A stretch of 64,000 nucleotides of DNA, from assembly GCA_053919585.1 (NCBI GenBank), contig CM132784.1; one strand, given 5' to 3'. Positions 37,691-51,745 of this stretch are shown here, in pieces. Under the pieces are notes generated by a model. It was not told where the DNA came from and made no database searches. It was given only the letters and a program-made list of their open reading frames with translations. A program made the position numbers and the translations under genes. Positions within the stretch are counted from its first letter, which is position 1. Each line of letters starts with the position of its first letter. The DNA is from Euprymna scolopes. Taxonomy: Eukaryota.

Positions 37691-38120
37691 CTAGTCTTGG
37701 TGCCCGGCGTTTCCCGGGTGTTAAAAAGTGTGTGTTTAGCAAAAAAAAAAAAGTGGAAGTAGGAAGGTGGGCTCGAACCCGTACCGCTAAGGAGGAAATG
37801 AACGTGAAAAAAACGTGACGTCTTTGTTGATGCGCCCATCGTTAATCCGGAAGTGACGTAAGTTTAAATTAAGGCTAGTAAATCGAAAGAAGTGGATAAC
37901 TTTCGAAAATATCGGGAAAAAGCAAGTAGAAAAAGGGCAAAGTTGAGGGTTAAGGATTTAATGTGTTTCGCCAATTTTCGATATTTGTCTTCCCAAGGAT
38001 CAAGCTTAAAAATGACACCGATTTCGTGAAAATCGGTTGCCTCTGTCGATAGTGTTTGCAAAACATACATACATACATACATGCATACATACATGCATAC
38101 ACACATACAAGCATTTAAAG
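37691..38120 (-). mobile_element. Non-autonomous Helitron (Lep1-like)
   Basis: Minus strand: (TATG)n near the 5' part; cccgggaaacgccggg hairpin + accaagaCTAG^T 3' end; internal B-box-like GGTTCGAGCCC. Confidence 0.75.
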
Positions 38121-38124
38121 AGAA

Positions 38125-38440
38125 AGCCCCAACGGTGCAGTGAATAGAGACGTTAAATCTCTGGCGCAGTGAATAGAGACGTTGAATCTATACGGTTCCA
38201 GGGTAGAATTTATGAAAATAGCTGTTCAAATCCCACCCAAAGCCGGTCAGAAGCTTACTTTGCTACAACAACAACTATGGATGGCAGTAATTGCTGAGAA
38301 TGCAGGTAGGTAATTCAGAGTTCATATCCCGTCGAGGTTACCATCTGAAGAAGGCCAGAGGAACAGTTGGCCGAAATATTGTGAAACAACAACTAAGAAA
38401 GATGAGGATAATAGTCCGCAATAAATAATATATTAAATAA
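38125..38440 (+). mobile_element. SINE/Penelope-like short repeat with hammerhead-like core
   Basis: Duplicated gcagtgaatagagacgtt; CTGAAGA-A-GGCCA...TGGCC-GAAA at 38345-38376. Confidence 0.45.
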
Positions 38441-38979
38441 TACTCATTTCAACAATTGAATTCCAATTAAATGATATATGTGCTGATTTGTCCACAAGAG
38501 TAAATGACTGATTAAAATTAAACATATATCCTCTACCACGTCAAAAAATTCATGCACAAAATGAAAAAAAAGATGTTTTTAACGTTTGGTGTATCTGAAG
38601 CTTACACCAATATTGAAGTCACTGAAGAACGGTCGAAGTACCGGATTATAAATAAGAATACGCTAATATTTAAACTGAATTGTCCTAATTTTAGAAACTT
38701 CGATAATTAAAACAAAGACAGACTCTTAATCTATGTAGTGTAAGCACACTAATAGGAAAACGTTCTACGAATTTGATCGTTGAGGGGTGTTGATGTATAA
38801 AAGTAAAATGTTTATAAAATAGTACAGAAATTGACTCAGCCGTGTTGTAATCCATAGGGAACGAACCCTCTTACACACACGCTTACACACACAAAGAAAA
38901 ATTCACTTTAAAATATTAGTAGTGATTTATACCCGTCACCGTTACAAAGCAACTGTCTAGTTACAATTTAAAAGTGGTA

Positions 38980-39259
38980 GCGGGTCCTGGATATGACCTT
39001 AAACTATATCCAGCGGTGAGGCCCCAGCTTGCGGGCTTTGGGGAGTGTGGAGCCACCCTTTGATTACCATTGCTCCCAGGTCCACTGAAACAGAGTGGTA
39101 GTACCTATTAGGGTCCCAACTATGGGTTAAATAGAAACCCACCTGTAAAACAACAAATATATTCTATTAAAACATTTTTCTTCAAAATCTTTGGATTCGG
39201 CATTAAATAACCCGAAATGGGTTGATATGCCGTAAAACAAAAACAACCAACAACCAACC
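38980..39259 (+). mobile_element. 5'-truncated SINE-like retroposon with 10-bp target-site duplication
   Basis: TSD aaaagtggta at 38970-38979 and 39260-39269; (AACC)n tail; homolog at 21101-21437. Confidence 0.85.
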
Positions 39260-40739
39260 AAAAGTGGTAACGATATTGCCTATATTTCGTTTTATTTTCA
39301 TTTTAAGCTAGACGTTTAGGTAGATAGTAAAAGTCCCAGTGATTTCTGTGAAATTTTGAAAATACCTTTTAAGTATAAATTCTTTTTTATTTAATGTGGA
39401 GATTTATCAATATTTATGGATCGGAAAACATGGGCAAATATTTCTATTTGACAATATTTGGTTTAATTTAATTCATAAACCTGATAGACAAATTCTGCAA
39501 GTTTCGTTCGGTGAAAATTTATTCTTAAGTCGCCTTAAGATTTATGCTAACATTTGAGACATTTTAAAGAATCCGTATTTAAACTAGAAGAATTATTGCA
39601 AGCATGAGGATTAGTATCATTATATCTTGATTTAAATCTTCGTAAAGAAGTATACAACCGTTGCCAAAATCTCCGCTATGGAGAGATAATTCTGTCTGAT
39701 CTTGTACGTGTATTCTCGGAATTAATTTAAATCTAAATTGGAATACGTATTGTAGGCATAAGCTTTAGCTGCATTATATACATATATAGATTTTAATCCT
39801 CCTAAGGGGCATAAAATTGTTGCAATGCTCTCCTCTTCATCAGATATAATCTGCTTAATCGGATGCGTTTATTATGCTTATTAATTCTGCCTGATCCAGT
39901 ATTTTTTCTATTACAATATCCAACACTCTGAATAACTCTCAGCCGTGCATTCACTCTTTATGAAACAATATAATTTAAGAGCCTGACATCAGTAATAGAT
40001 ACGAAAACATTCCGGTATATAATACCGCCTTTTGTTATTTTGAAAACGTGGCTTCTTCCGTTTTGATTTATTCGTTAGATTCTTATTCAAGCATTTTTGT
40101 ATATCAATGTTTCTATTTGCGAATCGTTTTAACCGATTTCCCACAATTCTTATCTTGCCTAACAATTACAGGATTTGTTTTCTCTATGGCGTCAGATTTT
40201 TTTTTACTTGCCGCACTTGATGGTTTTATTTGGATAAGCTCTCGTAAAACCTCTCCTTGGAGCAATATGAGGCTAGGAATAAAAACCAACGACTTTAGTC
40301 GACATAAAGTATATCTATATTTATACTCTTATCGCTGCTTGCGAAACTTTGTAACGCTGTAAGCTTGTAGCTAGTTATAAAACTGCGTCAATATAAAATA
40401 CGACGTGGTTTGACTGGTTTTGTGATATTTAAATTATCATCCCAGGAATTAGAAANNNNNNNNNNNNNNNNNNNNNNNNNNNNNNNNNNNNNNNNNNNNN
40501 NNNNNNNNNNNNNNNNNNNNNNNNNNNNNNNNNNNNNNNNNNNNNNNNNNNNNNNNNNNNNNNNNNNNNNNNNNNNNNNNNNNNNNNNNNNNNNNNNNNN
40601 NNNNNNNNNNNNNNNNNNNNNNNNNNNNNNNNNAAAATCTCTTACATAATAATCTGTACTGGAAAGCCGGTCACATCTAGCTGCACGTACGGGGTTTCTA
40701 TTTAACTCCAAATTTTAAAGAGCTACGAAAACAGGAGTG

Positions 40740-41435
40740 ACACGAGTAACCGTTTGTTCTCCAGAATATTTTCTACATAGTTACACGCATTTTCAATACA
40801 CCTTTGCCAGCGAGCAACGAGAGACCTGAGGCCTCGGTCATAACAATGACTGTTGAAGGGGTCCATTTCCTTCATAGTTGCAAATTATGGCGTGGTTGGC
40901 GCATAAATTTCGCCCTTGTAATTCACTCTAAGAGGTCCGAGGTCCAAACAATTTGGCGTCTGTAATAGGTTGGCATAATACGATGTGTGAGATGGTCCGT
41001 TCAGCCGAACATTGTTGCATAAACTCTGGCTTACTCAATTTTGTTTGTCTTACAAACGGAATGCTATTCTTTATACTTCCCTATGCAGAAACAATCAGGG
41101 TCTCCAGATCTGTGAAATTTGCAATGCACCCGCAACAGTTTAGACAGTTTAGAGTCAACGCTAATGGTGCGCGTCTTGTTCCGGACGACAATGCACATCG
41201 CGTTTTCTCAGATATCTGCGTCTTGAACCGTTTTGCTAAGGAACATGATCGGGTCGATTTCATCGACCGTCGTTTAGACAGCGGCACGTAGTGATGACAT
41301 AAATGAGGCTGGTATCCAAGAATCTGTAACTTTCGGTTTCGTACTCATTCAACAAGACCTGGCAGACATTGCGGCGGCAGTCTTATTGGTCGCGCGTTAG
41401 CATCTGTGGAATCCACGCGGTACACTTTTTGCTGT
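40740..41435 (-). mobile_element. Decayed mariner transposase fragment
   Basis: KKCTAWIPQMLT (WVPHEL-like), HHYVPLSKRRSM, C-terminal RWQRCIENA.NY. Confidence 0.75.
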
Positions 41436-44400
41436 ATATTAGTAGAGAAAACCCCGTTTTCAGTTCTCTGAAACCCACATTCAACTATTTCATTGTTATA
41501 GACATTTGGTTTAGTTGGATATTGTCAGACTAAACTGTTCGCATTAGTGGATTTCAAGTAAATAATTTAGTTGTTAAAGAGAGGAACTCATATCAGCTGT
41601 TATGAAACATCTCGATCGATCACAAAGGTTATTACGCAATTCATCACTTCGATATCAGTCAGATTTTCTTTTATAAACGAGTGTATAAGTTTATATTCTC
41701 CACTTTTCGAACTTATGTCATATTTTTGTTTCGGTTGGAAGCACGATAATATTATAAAAGGAGAGAGATTGGAAATCGGGGTTGAAATATTTTGAGAAAA
41801 AGAAGAGAAGGGAATAGGGTATAAGAAATATAGAACAGTAGAACACTGGAAGAGAAGTGAAATATATTTTGCAATACATACATTAACCTTGAGTCATTTC
41901 TTTGTTGTTCATTATCCAATATATATAAATGATCTCCAAAAGTTATTAAAAAAACCGTCCTCTGCAATAGAAAGCAACATACGTAGCGTTTCAGGTTTAG
42001 TTGTTATTTATTTCTCTATTATCTAAGCTACGTACAGATGGATACAGAAGATAAAAAGTAAGTGATCCTGAGCTAGAATGTTTCATTTTTTATATGCTCA
42101 AAGGGTATATCGGGCGTAAAATTTTATTTTATTCACACTGCCAAGGTCAAAGGCATTGTTTTCACTGTTGACATTTAAACAGTAATTGTTTCCCAGGTAA
42201 AATTCAAATCGAAAATGTGTTACAGGTGGAAATTCCCTATATATGAATGTTCGCATCTGTAAAACAAATATTGGTAGATAATTTTTTCACACATATCGAA
42301 AAGGATCACTAAAACATATAGATATATATATACATATATACATAAAAAGCTGACCATCTGTGTGCGTGTGTGTGTATGTGTGTGTGTGTCTGGTCCTGAA
42401 TAGGCTCGTATATGGTTGACGATTTTAAAAAAAACTGATTACATATAATGACAGAAGATGTATCGAGGATCAGGAATTGGTATGTTTGATCTGGCATTAA
42501 TTACGAGCTTACTTTTTTAATATCCCATTTTGCTGTTTCAGATTATTTTACTAAAGTAAGTAAAGCTTCATTATTTTTCAAAACTGTGTTTGTTTCTTTG
42601 TGTTTCGATATTTCCTCGATATTATTTAGTAAGAGTTTTAGCAGAAAAGCCAACAAACGACTACCCGAAAAAATAAATATACAAGAAATAATTGTTACCA
42701 TAGTAAATAAAAGTTCAGTTCATTTTTTTTTTGTTTTGAAATAGTTTGTAATGTGCTTTACTTTAAATAATTTCAGCGAACCGAAATTAGACGAAATTTG
42801 AGGCGATAATTACTTAAATGAATTTTTATATAAACTACACATGCCATAATCGAATATTCCTCAATCCCAAAATAACGGAAAACATTAAAATATGTTTATA
42901 AATAGTCCTTACATTGAAGGAATTCTCTTAAATTGTTTACAGAGAATGCTCAGGTGCGTCTCCTTCAAATTGAAAATGGGACTCTCCTTTTCAAAGTCGC
43001 TGCCATTTTAATGTTTTTTAACCGGTTCGTGGATCAATTTTTTTTTTTTTACAAACTACTTAAAAATACAAACCGATGAAATCTTCTACCGTAAAAGTAA
43101 CTTTTATTGACCATGGTAACATTTATTTCTTGTATATTTATATTATTATATATATAACATTTCCTCTTTGTAAGGAAACATCATTTTGTTGGTCACTCTT
43201 GGCTACGAATGGAAACGAAGTTGATATAAAAATATATTTTTGCGAAAATTATCTTTACTTTCATCATATTTTACTTAAGGTAAAATTTTTGAGTATCAGA
43301 ACCTATTTCTTTACGACCCCCTCCTTTTCCTAACCTATTATACTTTCATCAATCAGTCCATTTTCTGTGGGCTGTTTTTTAACCCAGTCAACGACGGGTA
43401 CTTCTGCTTCTGGAAGCAACGAACGTCGAAAAGAAAACACAAGATAGAGAAATAAGAACTAAGAGGAAAATCTACACGCAGATAAAAAATAGAAACAGAG
43501 CGTGGAAACATGCTTATGAATAAAGAGGCCGAATAAATTATTCGTAATAATAGCACAAACCGAAGGTAAAAGAATGAGAAAATTGAACGGGATATAATAA
43601 ATAAAATAAATCTACAATATTAGCAATTCTAAAAACATATTAAGGAAGGAAATATAAAATAAAAATATGAGAACATAAGAAATATATGATGTAAACAAAA
43701 AGGCTATAATTCGATACATTATATGTTTAAAATGACAAGATTAACGGTTAAACATAAAAATACAACGCAAATGGAAGTAATTTTTTTATATTCAGATGTT
43801 TCGTTAGCGTCCAGTTGTTTTCGTAATATTCCGCTGTCACAAGAAACCATGTGCATAAGTCATTCATATACTTCTATGTATAACAAGATTTTATTTGAGC
43901 TAAGTAAATTTCAAAAACGCATCTTTAAAATAATATGTAAAAAGGCCAAAAGTAATGAATTCAATTTTTTTTAGTCGAAGAATTATCACATCAAATAATG
44001 AAAATATGAAATTTTGATTTCGAATAAAAGTTTAATTTAATTGAGGAAAATGCAATACTTTGTCAATATAGCATTATTTAAATCCTAAGATTTGTGATTT
44101 TTTCAAGAAAAGAACCATGTTCTATTACTGAAATGCATAAGTGGCATTGAACCTTGAATAAGTGATAAATGTGAATACCAGGTGCTTTATGTGTTCTCTG
44201 CTTATCTCGGCATTGACTCAATTTGTCCTAAAATTCTCTTTTCAATGGAATCAACCCCTTCGCTGCCTTGGATCCAAATTACCAATGAAAATTAAATCAT
44301 GCCATATTTCTAAACAAATAGTAAATATAATTAGATTATTCTTAGACGAGAGAAAAATCAATGATGTCCCTGATGTACGTAAATACGAACAGTATAATAT

Positions 44401-45749
44401 TAATGCGGGTTGATGAAGGACGATTATTTGACATTTATAAAGTCTGATGTTAATAAACCAACTCACTGATAACATAAAGTCGTAAATCTGCTGATGGTAT
44501 AACACTTTATCATAGGCATTTAGAAAAACACGAATGTACACATAGCGGAATCTATAGAATACGAACTCCAGTCTGTAGCTGAATATGTCCGTAAATGGAT
44601 GGAGATATCTAATGCTAACCACTGTAATAACAATTAAAACAAAACATTTCAAGGATTGAATTTGAACGCATTTGCTATGATCTATTCCTTCCAACCTCTC
44701 GGCTTAATATTTACATATAAAATGAACTAGAACAGACATAGGAAGTGTAAAGAAGACCGATTTTGTTCGTGTCTTTTATTCGTTTTATAGAAATCCTTGT
44801 ATACAGCGGTTACGAGCAGTGACTGCGGATTTGCATGCGGGCTTCACATTCTAATGGTGGTAGTGCATAACCGCCTCTTAGAAACGGGGTTAACCCCTAT
44901 ATCCCTCTTTCAGTTACTAATTGAATAGTAGGATAGCCTTACCTCTTAAAATTCTATGAAAATAATATTTCGAAATTACACAAGGTTTCCCTGAATATTT
45001 TGTCATTTCTGGGATTTTCCTCACTACTGGAACCAATTATGTTTTTTTTTTAATGTTGTAAACATTTTTTTCTAGCTGGGGATATGAGCATCTTACCAGA
45101 TGCAGGATATTCATCCGCTATCTCGCATATCATCAGCTAGCCAGAATTAAATGATGATCAATTTATTTTCCACAGTCCTATATTTTTATTGTCATCCAAA
45201 TCGGCGACATCGGCCATTGTTCATTCAAATTCATTGATTGTTTGCTCTAGATGCGATGCACGGGACTCACATGCCTCTCGCAATGACTTAGTCCACAATA
45301 TATAGTGGTCTAGATTGCACTGTAGAGAATATAATGTTGATTTTATAAAATTATGTTTATTTATAATTAATTTATTTTTATATATATATAATGGGTGGAG
45401 TTTAAAATACAAAAGTCCAGTAACATTGTCCTTTTTTGCTCTGAACAAAAACACACATTACGATCGCGCCCCTGTTATATAAAAGGATATTCTGTTGTTT
45501 TATATGCTTGGAATTTGTGTGCCTTTCTTTACTGATTGGTCCGTGATAGTCGCTGGAATTTAAGTTTAAAATGAAAGGATCAGGTATTATTGGGCAATTT
45601 TTTGTTTGAAACAAAAACATTAATTTCGAACACACTTCAGACATATCCAATAACATAATGTTAATTTTATTTGCCAGATCTTCCTGCTTGTGTGGTAATA
45701 AAAGATTTCAAATGCACTAGTGATGTTGGAATGTATATGGTGTTAACTT

Positions 45750-45964
45750 GTGTCAAAATCGCCTATTCCGACTTCTATCGCATTTTTCTAATTACCGATG
45801 AACAGTAATTATGAAGACATTCCCATACACAATCTATCTAAAAACACTGTCAGATACATAATGTAGATTTGTCCTAAATTTCATAAAACATCGTCCTAGT
45901 TGTTACATAGGGAATTAAATCTCCTAATCACAGGCACAAAGTTCCTTTTATATAATAGTAGAGA
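45750..45964 (-). mobile_element. Possible Helitron 5'-end fragment
   Basis: Minus strand A^TCTCTACTATTATATAAAAGGAACTTTGTG; no matching 3' end found. Confidence 0.35.
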
Positions 45965-48386
45965 TATTAACTCCCTATATTGTGTCGCATTGCATTTTAG
46001 CCGGCCTTCAGCAGAAACTTAGAGGTGGATATCAGGAAGAAATAGGCACGATTGTGATTGCGTAACAACTGTTTCATTATATACTCTTTGTGCAACCCCC
46101 TTTAGAATTCCATACAGAAAGAAGGCTCGTTCTCTATACGCAAATAGAAGAGGTTAACATTACAGTAATACACATTGATGTTATTTTAATATATGTTGTG
46201 TAATGAGCTTCTCACACGAATGCATACACACGCTTTTAACATGCCTATTTTAACTAGAAAATGTCCTTATAAAAACAGTCATTATTTTCCTAATCCATAT
46301 TGTACTGTATAAAAAAGAAAGAAAAAAAATTATCATGAGAGTTGAGAAAAACATAAACGAATCAGGATGAAATAAGTCGAGCAAAAACAAAATGGCGGAC
46401 GGATGTCGAGATATTCAAAGAAAAATATTTATCTTAATGAAACAGCGAAGGTAGTGTATTTACTCTTGCGGCGTATCAACCATTCTTCAATCATTCCGTA
46501 CCATTAACGACGATTTTTATATGAAACATTTGTATATGTTTTAGTTGTAGGTGTATGTTTTGAAAATCAATTTTTCTTTAAAGAGTTCGTTATGCTTAAT
46601 CCATAGTAAGAATTTTGTATAAAGTATGGAGTATTATTACCACATCTGAAGAGAAGCTGCTTGAGGTCCACTATCTCATCATGTCAGCATTCACAACTGT
46701 TATCAAAACTTAATAGAGTATGTTTTTTTTTTCTGCTTGCAGCCTCTTTTCTTACATGGAAACTTAAATTCAATTCGATGTAAAGTAATTCTTGGTGAAA
46801 CGCCCCTTTGAATTATTAAATTCTACGGATTTCTACCAATAGCTATTACTACGCAGGTATCTCACAGACCATCTAACATTAATACTCCTTATTTTCGAGT
46901 GACCTTTAAGTCTTTAGATTGCTTGTAAAATGTACTCTAAGTCAAACATATTTGAAACTTATGCTTACAATGGAGTTAATTCACACAAAATAAACAATCA
47001 TATCGAAACGAGAATATTGGGTGTTGAAAAATACTATTTTTTAACACACGTTCACACCTAACAATGCATATCGCGACTTCGACCTATTTGCCCCATACTT
47101 ATTAAAGATTAACAAGATGTTAGTAGAAAGTTTTCTGATATTTAGGTATCTCAGCAGTGAAAGGTGTGAGATTTTGTTGCTAAGAGGGGTTTGTTGAGGA
47201 TATGTACGTCGAAGGGGAACACGTACAACGAGTTCCTCAGAGCACATTCCGCAATATATAATCACGATTGATGTAAGATAGCTATAAAATGGTTTAGAAA
47301 GAGTTTTTGATAGCAATAAGATAAAAGTATTGCATTCTGACCCAACCCGGTTTCTAGTACTTATTATTAATCTTTTTAAATACTAATTGTGGCACCAAAC
47401 TGTTTCTTTAGCTATCCCGAAAATAAATTCAAGAAATATATAAGGTAGCCATCACGGAACCCGTCCACGTTCCCTAGTCGAGGATCTACAGACCACTTAT
47501 AAATAAAAAAAAACACCTTCCAAAAGAGTAAGTCATCCTTGGGATGGGTATCTAATGAGATCTGAGACATTCTCGAACAATGATTCCCTGGTCTTAGTGC
47601 GAATTCCATTTTTTATCGCAACGCGGCACACTGTTTTCATCTGATACATTACTAAATTTATGTAGACATACAGATTGACAAATACGAAGAACATTTCAAA
47701 AGTAATGTCTTATTTTTCATTCCGCCGAATGGATCAAAAGGAATGCATATTATATTGTTATGATAACTAAACCAATGCATTCCTGATCTGAAATTTCTAT
47801 ATCGCTATTGAAGATATTTGCAGTGAGAGACTCTATGTAAATAACCATATATTATACATGCATCAGTAGCAGAGATGTGTGATTGAATATATGCCTAAAT
47901 CGTATTGAAGATAATAGTGACTATGTTACGAAATATTTTTTAAAGCAGAACAGATCGCTAATCCAAGTGTTACCACTACCGTCTTCAGAGTTTTTTTTTT
48001 TCTAATTTCGAGTAAATAGTAAGGTTTCACTATTGAAACTAGAAACATACATACACACATACATGCATACATACATACACATACACACGTACATACATAC
48101 GATGGCAACTGCATTCATATAATAAAAATGGATTGTGAATAATTATTTTTTGTGTATTTTTTACAAAGTAACATTTTTCTACGATGGTAGAAAGTCAGAG
48201 AGGAGCATTTGAAAAACGTACATAATACACTCCTTGTGCCTTGCACTATACCATGTTTTAATCTGTAGTAGGAACCTTTTTTACATTTAGACACAAAAAG
48301 ATTTAATATAGCATATTTTTTTTGCTCTCGGTAAGTAAGTTCGGCGTTGCAGAATTAATTTTCATTCTTTATTGAATGTTGGTTGG

Positions 48387-48454
<68 letters not shown>

Positions 48455-48802
48455 TATGTTAGGTAATTCTACATAAGTAATATTCATAAGCACGCATTTC
48501 TCTCGTGCTAACAGTCATATTCTGTTTATGTATGCGTAATTATATTGAATCCTTCATCATTCAGTTATATTCCCAAGTCACATATGTGTGTATACATGTG
48601 GGTGTATTAATTTATCTACATAAAATAGACGTATATTTAAACAAGCATTAGCATAATATGCAAGGTTCTTCGTTTTCCACTATTTTAACTTAATGCATTA
48701 GCATATGCACACATATAACCTGAATTCAAGTTGATAAATATAAATATATATATATATATGTGTCTGTATGTGTGTGTATATAATATCTTGATAGTAGTTT
48801 GG

Positions 48803-48849
<47 letters not shown>

Positions 48850-49106
48850 TTCAGAATAAAGTTATTTAACAATCAGCTCACTTCAAAAAAAGTTGTCTTT
48901 TTTAATTCATTGAATCACTCTAATTTAATATATGTATATATGGTAATGAACNNNNNNNNNNNNNNNNNNNNNNNNNNNNNNNNNNNNNNNNNNNNNNNNN
49001 NNNNNNNNNNNNNNNNNNNNNNNNNNNNNNNNNNNNNNNNNNNNNNNNNNNNNNNNNNNNNNNNNNNNNNNNNNNNNNNNNNNNNNNNNNNNNNNNNNNN
49101 NNNNNN

Positions 49107-49358
49107 AGTCGGGGAACGCAATGGATTCCCGTGTTAGATAGCTGCGCGTGAAATTAATAAAATATCAACCACACGTCTCCTGAATCGACACTGCGTGAGT
49201 CCAGTGGCAGGAAGGTGTCCAGTACAATACCGAGAAAAGCGGAGAGCACACACAGCGCATGAAATTCCCTAATGGCCACTCATTGTAGTATTATCAAGGT
49301 AAACGCTGTTTAAATTCGGTAATCTTACGGGAACGTATATCGTCTTGAATATGCCGTA
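49107..49358 (-). mobile_element. 5S rRNA-derived SINE (SINE3-like) or 5S pseudogene with attached body
   Basis: 49358-49253 reads tacggc..gttcccgtaagattaccgaatttaaacagcg..ttgataatactacaatgagtggcc..gggaatttcatgcgctg, colinear with metazoan 5S rRNA; followed by a non-5S body running into a gap. Confidence 0.7.
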
Positions 49359-49415
49359 TATTGTATACACATGTATTGGTGATGGTGTGAATTTCATTAT
49401 TAATGCAGTTCAAAA

Positions 49416-49480
<65 letters not shown>

Positions 49481-49484
<4 letters not shown>

Positions 49485-49689
49485 ATAGACAAATTTACAT
49501 AGTCGCTACACTGGGCATGCCATTGCTTCGGACAAGTAATCGGTCAAGGCCAGAAGTCCTCAGCAGTGGACTTCATGTTTTATTCAACTGAAAGGTCCTG
49601 TTCTTTAAAAACGTATGTAATAACTGGACTCCTTGTACGAAAGATAAGCATGTCCAGTGTAGGGACTATGTAAATTTTTCTATATCAAT
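49481..49689. mobile_element. MITE-like element with ~50-bp terminal inverted repeats
   Basis: attgatagacaaatttacatagtcgctacactgggcatgc / gcatgtccagtgtagggactatgtaaatttttctatatcaat; adjacent (TA)n. Confidence 0.75.
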
Positions 49690-49816
49690 AAAATACATTT
49701 TGGTCTTTTTATGTAGCGCGTTTAATAAGCACGTTAAAGATTTCCCATCTGAATACCTTTAACTTACATATGCATAAATATACATTTTATAAAAAAGGCT
49801 ACGCTCTAATTAATAT

Positions 49817-50498
49817 TCTTATATACATATATATATATATTATAAAACTCAAATGATCTTGTAACGAGGTATGCACCCCACTTTCCGGTTTACGACATCT
49901 GGTTGCGCATGTGCTCATGACCTGCGCACTAAAATATTAAGGTTATTATTTCGAAATTATTATATAATATTGGAAGAGTGGGGTTTAAAATAATTTAAAC
50001 GCAATACAGAAATGGACGATGTAAAAAAAAACAGACGGTATTAACAATTGTTTATTTGGATAATTTAAACGCGAAAAAAAAAGAACAATAGGGGCATTAA
50101 ATATTACCGTTATTATTTCGAAATCATTATTCAACATGGGCAGAGTGGGATTTAAAATAACTTAAACGTAATGCAGAAATGAACGATGGAAAACCCCCCA
50201 GTTATATAAAAAATTTAATTTAACTATAATAAGTAGTATGGTATCTGTTCAGTGAACATTTACCTATAAGTATGGGCACCCACTTATAATTCAGTAACTG
50301 TATTTTTTCTCAAAAGTAATCAATTATAATAAACAGAACGACTCATAGAAATATATCTATATTCTTTTTTTATTTAACATACTTTCATAGAAATGTTTCT
50401 GTTATGTCAAAAAAAAAAAATCTTTACGTCAAAAGTATCACGCTCATACATGAATTCCATAGCTAATATAACATACTGACCCAACGGGTCACGGGTAG

Positions 50499-50503
<5 letters not shown>
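49817..50503 (+). mobile_element. Non-autonomous Helitron, copy 2 of the 9414-10262 family
   Basis: TCTTATATAC..ATAAAAC 5' end; gacccaacgggtc hairpin + CTAA (CTRR) 3' end; internal ~166-bp direct repeat. Confidence 0.75.
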
Positions 50504-50562
<59 letters not shown>

Positions 50563-51683
50563 TTCAGAATAGTTTTTATTTAACAATCAGTTATTATGGA
50601 AACGTGAGATTGTAGCTTTACAAAATATTACTGGCAGTAATATTCTATAAGTTATCCCATCTAAACAAGAATTGCTCGATATACAAGATAGAGCAAATAA
50701 ATTAAATTGTAATTCAATGAATTTCAAAAACTCTCATTGAAATGAAATAGAGTGGTTGAGTTTCATATCAAAGAATTTTATTATTCTAAGCAAGACTAAG
50801 AATGCTTTAGAAAATTAATCTTCAACAAACCCATAATATATATCAAGAGTGAGCTAGTGTGCAGATGTAAACACAATAAAAAATTTAAATACAGCCATCT
50901 TAAAATATAATAACATACACTCTCTGTATAAATGATAAATAGGTAAAAACAAAGGACTAAATACACATCAGCTTTGACTAAAATGTAAACTATTACTTTG
51001 CTAATATGATATTGTTCATTTTCTAAAGATAGGTTCTTAATCACCTCTTTTAGCACATAAAATAACTTTCTTTTTTTGTATATATGCACATGTTAAGTAG
51101 GACCTTACTATAAGCGCATTAACATACTACACTTTAAATCTCTTACACGTAATTCGCATTCTAAGATCTAATTATAATAGTATTTCACAAAACATGTAGC
51201 TTCCCAATTAAAGAATTTAAAATTTCGCCCCCATCTAATAACCAGAAAAGGAGTAAATATTCCCCATTGCAAGGTAATCTCCAGATCCGTACTTATAAAC
51301 AAGAAAGAACTATACTCATCGATGAGTCATCCCTGTTGGTACTAGGGTAATTCAATCCTATAACCATAGTTACACAATCCCACTCTTTTCATCTTATTAA
51401 TGTTAAATTGGCAGTGTAGGGCTTAACAATTATCTATGATAAACTTAGGTAAGTTACGTACATTAATTATTGTTATAATTAGTGGTGTTAAATAATGGTA
51501 TACATTCTTTATGTCTAAATATATTTTTGTATATATGAGGGTATATATATTGAACACGTGTTATAGGTGGGTATATATGGGCTTAGATGTAAGTATGTAT
51601 AGAATAAGTGAGCGTATGTGTGTATAAACTGTATGGTTTCGTGTATGTAAAAATATATATTGTATGCGTGCGTGCATGTGTAC

Positions 51684-51745
<62 letters not shown>

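Noticed and set aside
44251-44694. 147-aa minus-strand ORF
   Set aside because: Non-ATG start, AT-rich composition, no domain motifs and no splice support
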